The notes beneath the pieces were generated by a model. It worked only from the letters and a program-made list of their open reading frames with translations. It made no database searches and had not been told where the DNA came from. A program made the translations under genes and the position numbers. A stretch of DNA of 32,000 bases from Candidatus Pelagibacter sp. HTCC7211 (GTDB lineage Bacteria; Pseudomonadota; Alphaproteobacteria; Pelagibacterales; Pelagibacteraceae). Of the stretch, positions 1 to 8,452 are shown piece after piece (within the stretch, counting starts at the first letter, position 1; every line of letters begins with the position of its first letter). The stretch lies in contig NZ_DS995298.1 in the NCBI RefSeq assembly GCF_000155895.1, positions 360,001 to 392,000 on the forward strand, written 5' to 3'.

Positions 1-781
1 TGTCTTGAATAAAATTTTTTGGAACACCTCCTCCAATCATAAATAATCCTGAGCCTTTAGATTGAATTTTGATTTCTGTAAGTTCTCTAAATTCTCTAAT
101 AGAATCGATTGTCATATGTTTTTTAGGGTTTTTTTCTTGATGTATTACTAAACCAAATCCAGCACTAGAGTCTGTAAAAGCAGGACAAAAAATTGGGACA
201 TTATTGTCGTAAGCTATTTCAATTAAAGAGTCTTTCTTCTTAGAATTTTTTTTTAAATATTTGCCCATTTCAAATATAAATTCTCTTGATGTGTAACTTT
301 TTGGTTCTAATGTATCTGCAATCTCACAAATAATTTTATCACACATTTGTAACTCTTCTTCATCAATATAAGTGTCATAAATCCTATCAATATAATTATT
401 TCTTAATTCGGTATCATCCTGAAATTGAGAACCTTGATAATGTTTAAATCCAAGTGCTTCAAAAAAATCCATATCAACAATAGAAGCTCCAGTTGCAACT
501 ATTGCATCTACCATATTGTATTTAACTAAATCTTTATAAATATTCATACAGCCCGCAGCAGATGTAGATCCCGCTAATGTTAAAAATATAGTGCAATCTT
601 TATCTTTTAGCATTTCGTTATAAATATTTGCAGCATTGGCCGTTTCTCTTGAAACAAAAGACATTTTTTCCATTGAGGAAATTATCTTCCTAGCATCGAA
701 TGAAGTAATATCAATATGTTCAACTGGATTTTTTAAAAAGTCTTTTTTACTGTTATGACCTAGGTTTTTGTTATCAGACAT
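1..781 (-). CDS. Deoxyhypusine synthase-like protein (bacterial homospermidine-synthase type). N-terminal part only; the C-terminus lies beyond the window start.
   Basis: Absent from the ORF track because it runs off the edge. Hand translation of the minus strand from the ATG (revcomp of 779-781) gives MSDNKNLGHNSKKDFLKNPVEHIDITSFDARKIISSMEKMSFVSRETANAANIYNEMLKDKDCTIFLTLAGSTSAAGCMNIYKDLVKYNMVDAIVATGASIVDMDFFEALGFKHY..., and the frame stays open to base 1. The LAGxxSxAG...MVDxxVxTGA layout matches the deoxyhypusine synthase fold as I remember it. The start overlaps the upstream decarboxylase stop by 1 nt (TAATG). Confidence 0.75.
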   Translation of the reverse strand, partial: MSDNKNLGHNSKKDFLKNPVEHIDITSFDARKIISSMEKMSFVSRETANAANIYNEMLKDKDCTIFLTLAGSTSAAGCMNIYKDLVKYNMVDAIVATGASIVDMDFFEALGFKHYQGSQFQDDTELRNNYIDRIYDTYIDEEELQMCDKIICEIADTLEPKSYTSREFIFEMGKYLKKNSKKKDSLIEIAYDNNVPIFCPAFTDSSAGFGLVIHQEKNPKKHMTIDSIREFRELTEIKIQSKGSGLFMIGGGVPKNFIQD

Positions 782-1965
782 TAAGCAACCAAAGTAGCTT
801 TGTTACTGTCTTTATCGTACATTGTTAAAATAGGTTGATCTTCCACTTCATATATTTCATCAGAATAATAACCATTGAACTGAGTTCTAAATGTTAATCC
901 ATAAGCACCAAGTTGACCAAGTTCGATATAATCATTTTCTTTTATATTGTTAGGTAACAAAAAAGGACCCTTCATATAATCCATGCTATCACATGTTGGT
1001 CCAAAGAAATCAAAAGCTGTAAGCTTTTTAGAAATTATTTTGTTTGTATTCTCTTTAATCATCTTAGATGGAAATACAATATTCGGAGTACCAGCATCAA
1101 ACAATGTCCCATAAGTTCCATCATTTATATATAGTTTTTGTTTTTTTCTTAAATTTACTTTTATAATAGTAGAACCACTTTCAGCCACTAAAGCTCTTCC
1201 TGGTTCACAAATAATTTCTGGTAAATTTTCAAGTTTTAAATTATCTAAACTTTTTTTAATTTCATTAAAATAGTTTTCCATAGTTTGAGGTATTAAGTCT
1301 GGATAAATAGTTGGAAATCCACCACCAACATTAATATAGTCTGGTATAATCTTTGTTTTTTTTATTATATTTCCTATATCACTAATTCCTTTAGCGTAAG
1401 AAATTGGATGCATGCATTGAGATCCGACATGAAAACTTAAACCAATCTTTTTAGAATATTGTTTAACAAGCCTCAACAAACCTGCAGCTTCAGAACTCAA
1501 AGCACCAAATTTCTTAGATAAATCTATTTCGGCATGTTCATTGGAAACTGCTACTCTTACAAATAACTCTAAGTCTTTAGCATTATTTGTACTTTCAATA
1601 ATTTTTATTAATTCATCTTTAGTGTCTAGTGAAAAAGTTTTAATTTCATATTTAAAGTAAGCTTCTTTAATACTTTCTCTACTTTTAACAGTATGCATGT
1701 AGGAGCATTTGGCAGTTTGACTATATTTTCTGATAGCTTTGATTTCTTCAATAGATGCGACATCAAATTGATCTACCCCACTTTCAATTATTTGCTTGAT
1801 AACTACTGGATGAGGATTAGTTTTTACCGCATACAATATTTTACCTGGGAATTTATTTTTGAAAAATTTAGTTGCAGATTGAATAGAATTCTTTCTGATA
1901 CAGTATACAGGTTTTTCAGGTTTCAGTTGATTTACTAACTCTTCAACTGATTTAAATTTTTGCAT
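781..1965 (-). CDS. PLP-dependent ornithine/lysine decarboxylase (alanine-racemase-fold, eukaryotic-ODC-like group IV)
   Basis: Group IV decarboxylase motifs are present: LYAVKTNPHP (PLP lysine), NVGGGFP, CEPGRALVAE and GPTCDSMD (active-site Cys). The ORF track begins at a TTG at 1980. A GGAGG (revcomp of 1974-1978) lies 8 nt upstream of the ATG at 1965, so I place the start at MQKFKS. Confidence 0.9.
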   Translation of the reverse strand: MQKFKSVEELVNQLKPEKPVYCIRKNSIQSATKFFKNKFPGKILYAVKTNPHPVVIKQIIESGVDQFDVASIEEIKAIRKYSQTAKCSYMHTVKSRESIKEAYFKYEIKTFSLDTKDELIKIIESTNNAKDLELFVRVAVSNEHAEIDLSKKFGALSSEAAGLLRLVKQYSKKIGLSFHVGSQCMHPISYAKGISDIGNIIKKTKIIPDYINVGGGFPTIYPDLIPQTMENYFNEIKKSLDNLKLENLPEIICEPGRALVAESGSTIIKVNLRKKQKLYINDGTYGTLFDAGTPNIVFPSKMIKENTNKIISKKLTAFDFFGPTCDSMDYMKGPFLLPNNIKENDYIELGQLGAYGLTFRTQFNGYYSDEIYEVEDQPILTMYDKDSNKATLVA

Positions 1966-2110
1966 TATTAATGCCTCCAAAAAAAATTTAACAAAAAAAA
2001 GTCTTTTATTAGAAAAAACTTTAAAATTTCCCCCTATTAAGCCTATAGGTAAATAAAGTAAAGCAAATAATAGGTATTGTATTTTAGAAGTTAGTAGCCA
2101 TATAGAAGGT

Positions 2111-2674
2111 ATGAAAGAACAAATTGCCCTTAAAAACCTTAGTGATTTTGATAATAAATCTCTTCTTATAGTTGATGATGATAATCCTTTTAGAGAAAGA
2201 TTAGCTAGAGCTATGGAAAAAAAGGGATTTGAGGTTTTTCAAGCTGAAAGTGTACAAAAAGGTGTGGATTCAGTTAAAGCTAAGAAACCAGGTTTTGCAG
2301 TAGTAGACCTAAGATTGGGCGATGGTAATGGATTAGAGGTAGTGAAACAAATCCAGATGACGAATAATGACAGTAGAATAATTATGTTAACTGGATATGG
2401 AAATATTCCAACAGCAGTTGCTGCAATTAAAGAAGGTGCAATAGACTATCTTGCTAAACCAGCTGATGCTGAAGATGTTGAAAGAGCCTTATTAGCAGAT
2501 CCTGATAAGAAAGCTGCTCCACCAGAAAATCCAATGTCTGCAGATAGAGTAAAGTGGGAACACATTCACAGAGTGTTTGAACTATGTAACAGAAATGTTT
2601 CAGAGACAGCAAGAAGACTAAAAATGCACAGAAGAACTCTTCAAAGAATTCTATCTAAAAGATCACCTAGATAA
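2111..2674 (+). CDS. regA: Redox-responsive response regulator of the RegA/ActR/PrrA family
   Basis: A receiver domain (LLIVDDD..., VVDLRLGDGNGL, KP) is followed by the near-invariant RegA C-terminal HTH NVSETARRLKMHRRTLQRILSKRSPR. A GAAGG Shine-Dalgarno precedes the ATG. Confidence 0.9.
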   Translation: MKEQIALKNLSDFDNKSLLIVDDDNPFRERLARAMEKKGFEVFQAESVQKGVDSVKAKKPGFAVVDLRLGDGNGLEVVKQIQMTNNDSRIIMLTGYGNIPTAVAAIKEGAIDYLAKPADAEDVERALLADPDKKAAPPENPMSADRVKWEHIHRVFELCNRNVSETARRLKMHRRTLQRILSKRSPR

Positions 2675-3221
2675 TAAAATTTCTAATTTTTACTATTTGT
2701 TTTGTAATTAGGGCTAAAAGTACAATTTTAAATACTTCAGCTAATAAAAAGGGTTTAGCTCCCAGTTCAAAGATTGGTTTATCCCAACCAATAAGCATTC
2801 CAAGCCATAACAATCCAAAAAGATAAATAGTAGAAGTTGCAATTATAAGCTTTCCTAAAACTAATAAAAAACTATCTTTATTATTTATTTTTGAGGCTAA
2901 AAAGCCAGCACTTAGAAAACCAATCAAATATCCCATTGTAGGTCCAGTAAAGTAAATTAATCCCACACCTTTTTCTGGAGAATTTGAAAAAACTGGTAGT
3001 CCAATTATTCCCTCGAACAAATATAATCCAATACTAGCTAATCCAATTTTGTATCCTAAACTTATTCCTAAAAACAATACAACAAATGTTTGCATAGTCA
3101 TTGGCACTGGATAAAAAGGTATCTTAATTTTTGCTGATATGGTCAAAGCAATTGAGCCAAGTATTATAGCTAATAAAGATTTTATTATTGATATTTGTGA
3201 GATATTTTTAGTTAATTGCAT
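2667..3221 (-). CDS. bioY: BioY-family biotin transporter (ECF S-component type)
   Basis: A 184-aa polytopic membrane protein with BioY-like motifs VPMTMQTFVVLFLG, GLPVF and GPTMGYLIGF. Confidence 0.85.
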   Translation of the reverse strand: MQLTKNISQISIIKSLLAIILGSIALTISAKIKIPFYPVPMTMQTFVVLFLGISLGYKIGLASIGLYLFEGIIGLPVFSNSPEKGVGLIYFTGPTMGYLIGFLSAGFLASKINNKDSFLLVLGKLIIATSTIYLFGLLWLGMLIGWDKPIFELGAKPFLLAEVFKIVLLALITKQIVKIRNFII

Positions 3222-3333
3222 ATCAAATAATACTCTTAATACTAATAATAATCTAGCAATAAAAAATACTCTAAATTAAAATCAATTTTTTTATATACAG
3301 ATTTTTTTACCACTGTAATATTTAATTAAATTA

Positions 3334-6108
3334 ATGAATAAAATTCAAAAAACTGATCATTTTTATTTAATAGATGGTTCAGGATATATTTTTAGAGCAT
3401 ATTATGCATTACCACCTTTAACTAGAAAGAGTGATGGACTTCCAACTGGTGCAGTTAGTGGTTTTTGTAGTATGTTGTTCAAACTTCTTGAAGATTCCAA
3501 ATCAGATCAAAATTTACAAAAACCAACACATTTTGCAGTAATTTTTGACTCAGCTAGAAAAACATTTAGAAATGAAATTTACAGTGATTACAAGGCAAAT
3601 AGATCTGAAGCACCAGATGATCTTGCTCCTCAATTTGAATATATTAGAAAATCAGTATTAGCTTTTAATTTACCTTCAGTTGATCTCCCTAATTATGAAG
3701 CAGATGATCTAATAGCCACTTATGCTGAAAAAATATTAAAAAAAGGAGCTAAAGTTACTATTGTTTCATCAGATAAAGATTTGATGCAATTGTATAAAAA
3801 AGATGTTCGTATATTTGATCCGATGAAAAATAAATTTATTTCTGAGGAAGATATAATTAATAAATTTGGAGTTGATGCATCAAAAGTAATAGATGTCCAG
3901 TCTCTTGCAGGTGATAGTAGTGATAACGTCCCAGGAGTTCCCGGTATAGGAGTAAAAACTGCTGCCGAGTTAATTAATAAATATGGAACTTTAGAAAAAC
4001 TCTTAAAGTCTGCTAATGAGATAAAGCAAAATAAAAGAAGAGAAACTCTTATTGAAAATAAAGACAAGGCTATAATTAGCAAACAACTTGTAACATTAAA
4101 ACAAGACTCTCCTGTTAATAGAGACCTAAGTGAATTTAAATTAAAAAAAATAGATAAGGATAAACTATATAAATTTTTAAGAGAAATGGAGTTTAATAGA
4201 TTATTGAGCTCCGCGATATCAGCTTATGGTGAGCCAAAATTATCAAGTGAAACTGTTGAAGACAAGTTAATAGAAAAGCAAAAACCAATTAGTAACAAAA
4301 ATTATTTTTTAATCACTGATATAAAACAAATAGATGAATGGATTAAAGAAGCAGAGGAAACAGGTGAGTTAGCAGTGGATACAGAAACAAATTCACTAGA
4401 TCCTCATCAAGCAGATTTAGTAGGAATTTCTTTGTCATCAAAAGTTGGTAAGGCTTGCTATATTCCAATTGGTCACAAGTCCTCAAAATGTATTAATAAA
4501 AATGATGTAATTAAAAAATTAAAACCTTTATTGGAAGATCCAAGTGTAAAAAAGATTGGTCAAAATATAAAATTTGATTTCATTGTTTTATTTAAACAAG
4601 GCATAGAGATGACATCAATGGAAGATACTATGTTGATGTCATATGTCTTAGATGCTGGCAAAAACCGACATAATATGGATACGCTATCTGAAATTCATTT
4701 AGGTCATAAAACAATTTCTTTTAAAGAAATAGTAGGTACTGGAAAAAAGGAGATAAATTTCAGTGATGTAGAAATTGAAAGGGCTAAAGATTATGCAGCA
4801 GAGGATGCTGATATCACTTTTCGGTTGTATAAAAAATTTTCAAAAAATTTGAAATTAGAAAAAATGATTAATATTTATGAAATTTTTGAAAAGCCATTAA
4901 TAAAAATTCTTGCTTTTATGGAGATGGAAGGAGTTGAAGTAGATAATAAATTTTTAAAAACACTTTCTTCTAAATTTGAAAAAAAAATTAAAAATTTAGA
5001 AAAAGAAATTTTTAAAATATCAAAAAAGGATTTTAATATTGCATCACCCAAACAATTAGGTGAAATAATCTATAATGATCTTAAAATCGCAGAGTTAAAA
5101 AAAACTAAAAAAGGAAGTTTTGCAACAAGTGCAAGTGTTCTAGAAGATCTGGCATTTAAAGGCCATAAATTTCCTAAATTAGTATTAGATTGGAGACAAG
5201 TTTCAAAACTGAAAAATACGTATTCAGACTCACTTCCAGAACACATAAATCCAAATACTAAAAGAGTTCATACTTCATTTTTATTGGCAGCAACAACAAC
5301 GGGTAGGCTTGCATCCAGTGATCCTAATTTACAAAATATTCCGATTAAATCAGAAGATGGTAGAGATATTCGAAAAGCTTTCACGTCACGAAAAAATCAT
5401 TTGTTAATTTCAGCAGATTACAATCAAATAGAGATGAGAATTTTAGCTGATTTAGCTGATGTTAAAGAATTAAAAAAAGCTTTTAAGAATGATGAAGATA
5501 TTCATTCTTTGACGGCTAGTCAGATTTTTAATGTTGATATTAAAAAAGTAGATCAGGACCAAAGGAGAAAAGCCAAAGCTATAAATTTTGGAATTATTTA
5601 TGGGATTTCACAATATGGTTTAGCAAAGCAAATTAATGTTTCTAATTATGAGGCTGAAGAATTTTTAGATGCCTATTTTGCGAAATTTCCTGAGATTAAA
5701 ATTTATATGAATGACACTATTAAATTTTGTAGAAAAAGTGGATATGTAAATAACATTTTTGGTCGTAGATCTCATTTTAATGGAATTAATGATAAAAATT
5801 TTAATGTGCGAAATTTTCAGGAACGAGCAGCAATTAATGCTCCAATACAAGGTTCTGCCTCAGAAATTATGCGTCTAGCGATGATTAGATTGAATAAAAA
5901 ATTATCTGATAAAAAAAATATTCAATCTAAAATGTTATTACAGATACATGATGAATTAATATTTGAGGTTCCAAAAAATAATGAGAAAACAATGATCAAA
6001 CTAATTAAAGATGAAATGGCTAGCGTTGTAAAAAGCGATCATCATTCTTTCTCAATACCATTAACTGTTGATATAAATGTTGGTGATAATTGGGGTATGC
6101 TTCATTAA
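3334..6108 (+). CDS. polA: DNA polymerase I
   Basis: A 924-aa protein with three recognisable parts: a 5' nuclease N-terminus (YLIDGSGYIFRAYYA, GDSSDNVPGVPGIGVKTA), a 3'-5' exonuclease (AVDTETNSLD) and family-A polymerase motifs (RLASSDPNLQNIP, DYNQIEMRILA, RRKAKAINFGIIYG, QIHDELIFE). Confidence 0.98.
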   Translation: MNKIQKTDHFYLIDGSGYIFRAYYALPPLTRKSDGLPTGAVSGFCSMLFKLLEDSKSDQNLQKPTHFAVIFDSARKTFRNEIYSDYKANRSEAPDDLAPQFEYIRKSVLAFNLPSVDLPNYEADDLIATYAEKILKKGAKVTIVSSDKDLMQLYKKDVRIFDPMKNKFISEEDIINKFGVDASKVIDVQSLAGDSSDNVPGVPGIGVKTAAELINKYGTLEKLLKSANEIKQNKRRETLIENKDKAIISKQLVTLKQDSPVNRDLSEFKLKKIDKDKLYKFLREMEFNRLLSSAISAYGEPKLSSETVEDKLIEKQKPISNKNYFLITDIKQIDEWIKEAEETGELAVDTETNSLDPHQADLVGISLSSKVGKACYIPIGHKSSKCINKNDVIKKLKPLLEDPSVKKIGQNIKFDFIVLFKQGIEMTSMEDTMLMSYVLDAGKNRHNMDTLSEIHLGHKTISFKEIVGTGKKEINFSDVEIERAKDYAAEDADITFRLYKKFSKNLKLEKMINIYEIFEKPLIKILAFMEMEGVEVDNKFLKTLSSKFEKKIKNLEKEIFKISKKDFNIASPKQLGEIIYNDLKIAELKKTKKGSFATSASVLEDLAFKGHKFPKLVLDWRQVSKLKNTYSDSLPEHINPNTKRVHTSFLLAATTTGRLASSDPNLQNIPIKSEDGRDIRKAFTSRKNHLLISADYNQIEMRILADLADVKELKKAFKNDEDIHSLTASQIFNVDIKKVDQDQRRKAKAINFGIIYGISQYGLAKQINVSNYEAEEFLDAYFAKFPEIKIYMNDTIKFCRKSGYVNNIFGRRSHFNGINDKNFNVRNFQERAAINAPIQGSASEIMRLAMIRLNKKLSDKKNIQSKMLLQIHDELIFEVPKNNEKTMIKLIKDEMASVVKSDHHSFSIPLTVDINVGDNWGMLH

Positions 6109-6161
6109 TTTTATAAGTTTGCCCAAATTAGAACAATTTAGTATTTTTATATTAATAAATA

Positions 6162-6869
6162 ATGAATAAACAAACCATAGCTTTAATTGATGATGATAGA
6201 AATATTTTAACAAGTTTAAGTATTGCTCTTGAAAAAGAAGGCTTTAAAGTTCAAACGTATATAGATGGTGAAAGTGCTTTGATTGGTCTTACTAGAACCC
6301 CTCCTGATTTAGCTGTAATTGATATTAAGATGCCTAAAATGGACGGAGAGGAACTTTTAAAAAAACTTAGAAAAAAAACTTCATTACCAGTGATCTTTTT
6401 AACATCAAAAGATGATGAAATTGATGAATTATTAGGTTTAAAATTAGGAGCTGACGATTTTGTAAAAAAATCTGGAGGTTTTTCGATTAAAGTTTTGATC
6501 GAAAGAATTAGAGTTCAGTTAAGAAAAAATGATACCAATAATACATTAGAAGAAAATAAAAGTTTGATAGCACATGGACGATTAAAATTGGATCCTTCTC
6601 AACTTGAATGTGAATGGAATGATAAACAATTACCTGATAAATTAACCACTACTGAATTTTTAATTGTTAAAGAATTAGCTAAAAGACCTGGTATTATTAA
6701 AGAAAGAGCTCAGTTAATGGATATTGCTTATAGAGAAGACGTTGATATTGAGGATAGAACTATAGATAGTCACGTTAAAAGAATAAGAAAAAAATTTAAA
6801 AAAGTTGACCCTGATTTTTCAGCTATTGAAACTAGATATGGTAGTGGATATAGATGGAATGTTAGCTAA
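6162..6869 (+). CDS. chvI: OmpR-family response regulator, ChvI/BvrR type
   Basis: QTIALIDDDRNILTSLSIALE...VIDIKMPKMDGEELL...PVIFLTSKDDEIDELLGLKLGADDF and a C-terminal winged helix (TTTEFLIVKELAKRPG...DRTIDSHVKRIRKKFKKVDPDF..IETRYGSGYR) closely follow the ChvI sequence as I remember it. Confidence 0.85.
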   Translation: MNKQTIALIDDDRNILTSLSIALEKEGFKVQTYIDGESALIGLTRTPPDLAVIDIKMPKMDGEELLKKLRKKTSLPVIFLTSKDDEIDELLGLKLGADDFVKKSGGFSIKVLIERIRVQLRKNDTNNTLEENKSLIAHGRLKLDPSQLECEWNDKQLPDKLTTTEFLIVKELAKRPGIIKERAQLMDIAYREDVDIEDRTIDSHVKRIRKKFKKVDPDFSAIETRYGSGYRWNVS

Positions 6870-8410
6870 TGTTTAGTATATACTTAAAAAGTTTATCAAT
6901 TTTAAAAAAATTTTTATTCATAAATTTTATCATTTTTACAATTATTGGATTATTTACAATTATATATTTAAATAATATTCAGCCAAATTTAATTAAAAAA
7001 AAATCAATTAATCATATAAATATTATTAACAATACTGTCGATAATTTACTTAGATTAGAGGTAAAGTTTGTCACTGAAGATATTAGAAAATTTTTATTTT
7101 CTACAAGATTTATTTTTCAAAACTTAGATAGAGTAATTTTTTTTGATAATGACCTTAATTTAATTGGAGACACAGATACATTAGATCTTGATCCAAGAGC
7201 ATTTTCAACAAGATTAAATGATATTGAATTTGAAAGTTTGAATGAAAAAAAAATTAATAAAGAAAATAAAGATAAAAGTAAAAATGTTGATGAGAAAAAA
7301 TTTATTTCTTTTGAATTAATTTTAAAAAAATATGTAAGTTCAGACGAATATGGAGATCCTTTTACTTTTGCAAAAGAAGATTTTAATCAGTTTAAATTAA
7401 CAACTATAAAAAATGTAACAAAGGAAGATTTAAATATTGGTTATATTTTAATCACTGAAAATGCTAATGATATTAAAGTTGCAATAGATGAACGAAAAGC
7501 ATTTGTTATTAGGACGGCGATTTCAGTGGGTTTTGTAATCTTAATATTTTCTTTTGTTTTAAGTAGATATTTTATTAAACCAATACAAAATTTAGTAAGT
7601 TATACAAAAAATATTAAAGAAAAAAGCCATGAAAAATTAAGTATTGATAACTTAAAAAATAGAAATGATGAATTAGGACTTCTATCTAATTCTTTGGAAG
7701 ATATGACAACTGAACTTCAAAAAAGAGTAGCTCATGCAGAAAATTTTTCAACAGATCTTGTGCATGAAATTAGAAATCCTTTAGCGTCATTGAAAAGTGC
7801 TTCTGAAATTTTAAAAGATACCAATAGTTCAGATCAAAGATTAAAATTATTAAATATACTTAGTCATGATGTTCTTAGAATTGAAAGGTTAATTACAGAT
7901 TATTCTCAAATGCTAAAAGATGAAGTAGCTTTAAGTAATGAAAAGATTGAGAAAATTAATGTTGAACCAATAATTGAGTCGGTCGTAGACGACTTCAATA
8001 GTATTTATAATGTCAAGAAAGGTATTAATATAAAATATAAAAATGATGGTAAAAAAGAGTATTTCATTAATGGTATAGAAAATAGAATTGAGCAAATAAT
8101 TGCGAATTTATTAGATAATTCTATCTCTTTTACCAAAAAAGGTGGAGAGATTTTAGTGGATGTCTCTTTATCGACTGATAATAAAATCATAATTAAAATT
8201 ATTGATGAAGGTCAAGGTTTTAAAGAGAAAGATACGTCAAAAATATTTAATAGATTTTACAGTAATAGACCAGAAAAATTTGGAGAACACTCAGGCCTGG
8301 GTTTAAATATTGTGAAAAATTTAGTTGATTTGCATGATGGTAAAATTGTAGCATCAAACCGTCTTGATGGTGATGGTGCAATTATGGAAATTAGTTTTCC
8401 AACCTCGTAA
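6869..8410 (+). CDS. chvG: Sensor histidine kinase, ChvG/ExoS/BvrS type
   Basis: The start ATG overlaps the chvI stop (TAATG at 6867-6871). There are two TM segments (residues ~15-34 and ~212-233) flanking a K/N-rich periplasmic region. These are followed by a HAMP-like linker, the H-box FSTDLVHEIRNPLASL, and ATPase N/G boxes (NLLDNSISFT, IDEGQGF, GLGLNIV). Confidence 0.85.
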   Translation: MFSIYLKSLSILKKFLFINFIIFTIIGLFTIIYLNNIQPNLIKKKSINHINIINNTVDNLLRLEVKFVTEDIRKFLFSTRFIFQNLDRVIFFDNDLNLIGDTDTLDLDPRAFSTRLNDIEFESLNEKKINKENKDKSKNVDEKKFISFELILKKYVSSDEYGDPFTFAKEDFNQFKLTTIKNVTKEDLNIGYILITENANDIKVAIDERKAFVIRTAISVGFVILIFSFVLSRYFIKPIQNLVSYTKNIKEKSHEKLSIDNLKNRNDELGLLSNSLEDMTTELQKRVAHAENFSTDLVHEIRNPLASLKSASEILKDTNSSDQRLKLLNILSHDVLRIERLITDYSQMLKDEVALSNEKIEKINVEPIIESVVDDFNSIYNVKKGINIKYKNDGKKEYFINGIENRIEQIIANLLDNSISFTKKGGEILVDVSLSTDNKIIIKIIDEGQGFKEKDTSKIFNRFYSNRPEKFGEHSGLGLNIVKNLVDLHDGKIVASNRLDGDGAIMEISFPTS

Positions 8411-8452
8411 TCTCTTATTGATTAATTAACACTTAGTTATATAAGTTCTCTC

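Noticed and set aside
1693-1938. Remaining short track ORFs that overlap longer genes on the opposite strand: 1693-1938, 8005-8190, 10889-11077, 14040-14225, 14934-15143, 16396-16608, 16903-17091, 19736-19921, 20721-20912, 23043-23237, 28693-28875, 30848-31057 and 31464-31724
   Set aside because: Each lies within a longer, family-recognisable gene on the other strand. All are 60-86 aa with no ribosome-binding context. I treat them as chance ORFs.
1966-1980. Upstream non-ATG starts used by the ORF track: TTG 1980, GTG 9693, TTG 11128, TTG 22726 and TTG 28367
   Set aside because: In each case an in-frame ATG lies shortly downstream with a better context. These are GGAGG before 1965, typical family N-terminal length for tsaE and MurU, and the signal-peptide start for the lipoprotein. 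The extensions are probably track artefacts. The tsaE start remains the least certain.
2033-2049. Small inverted repeat CCTAT-N7-ATAGG in the ODC/regA divergent spacer
   Set aside because: The stem is only 5 bp. It has no supporting context and no resemblance to the GC-rich RegA binding site.
3222-3333. Repeated AATACT(CT) motif (3229-3236, 3238-3244, 3265-3272) as a possible BioR or BirA operator upstream of bioY
   Set aside because: It does not resemble the BioR palindrome (TTATMKATAA) or a BirA operator. Short A/T-rich repeats are expected by chance at this composition.
3720-4082. 120-aa ORF antisense to polA, plus the 61-aa one at 5665-5850
   Set aside because: Both are embedded in the polA coding region on the opposite strand. 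They have no Shine-Dalgarno and their composition is a mirror of the sense codons.
8411-8452. SAH riboswitch upstream of ahcY
   Set aside because: Only 42 nt are available and they are AT-rich with no pseudoknot-forming GC blocks. That is too short for the SAH element.
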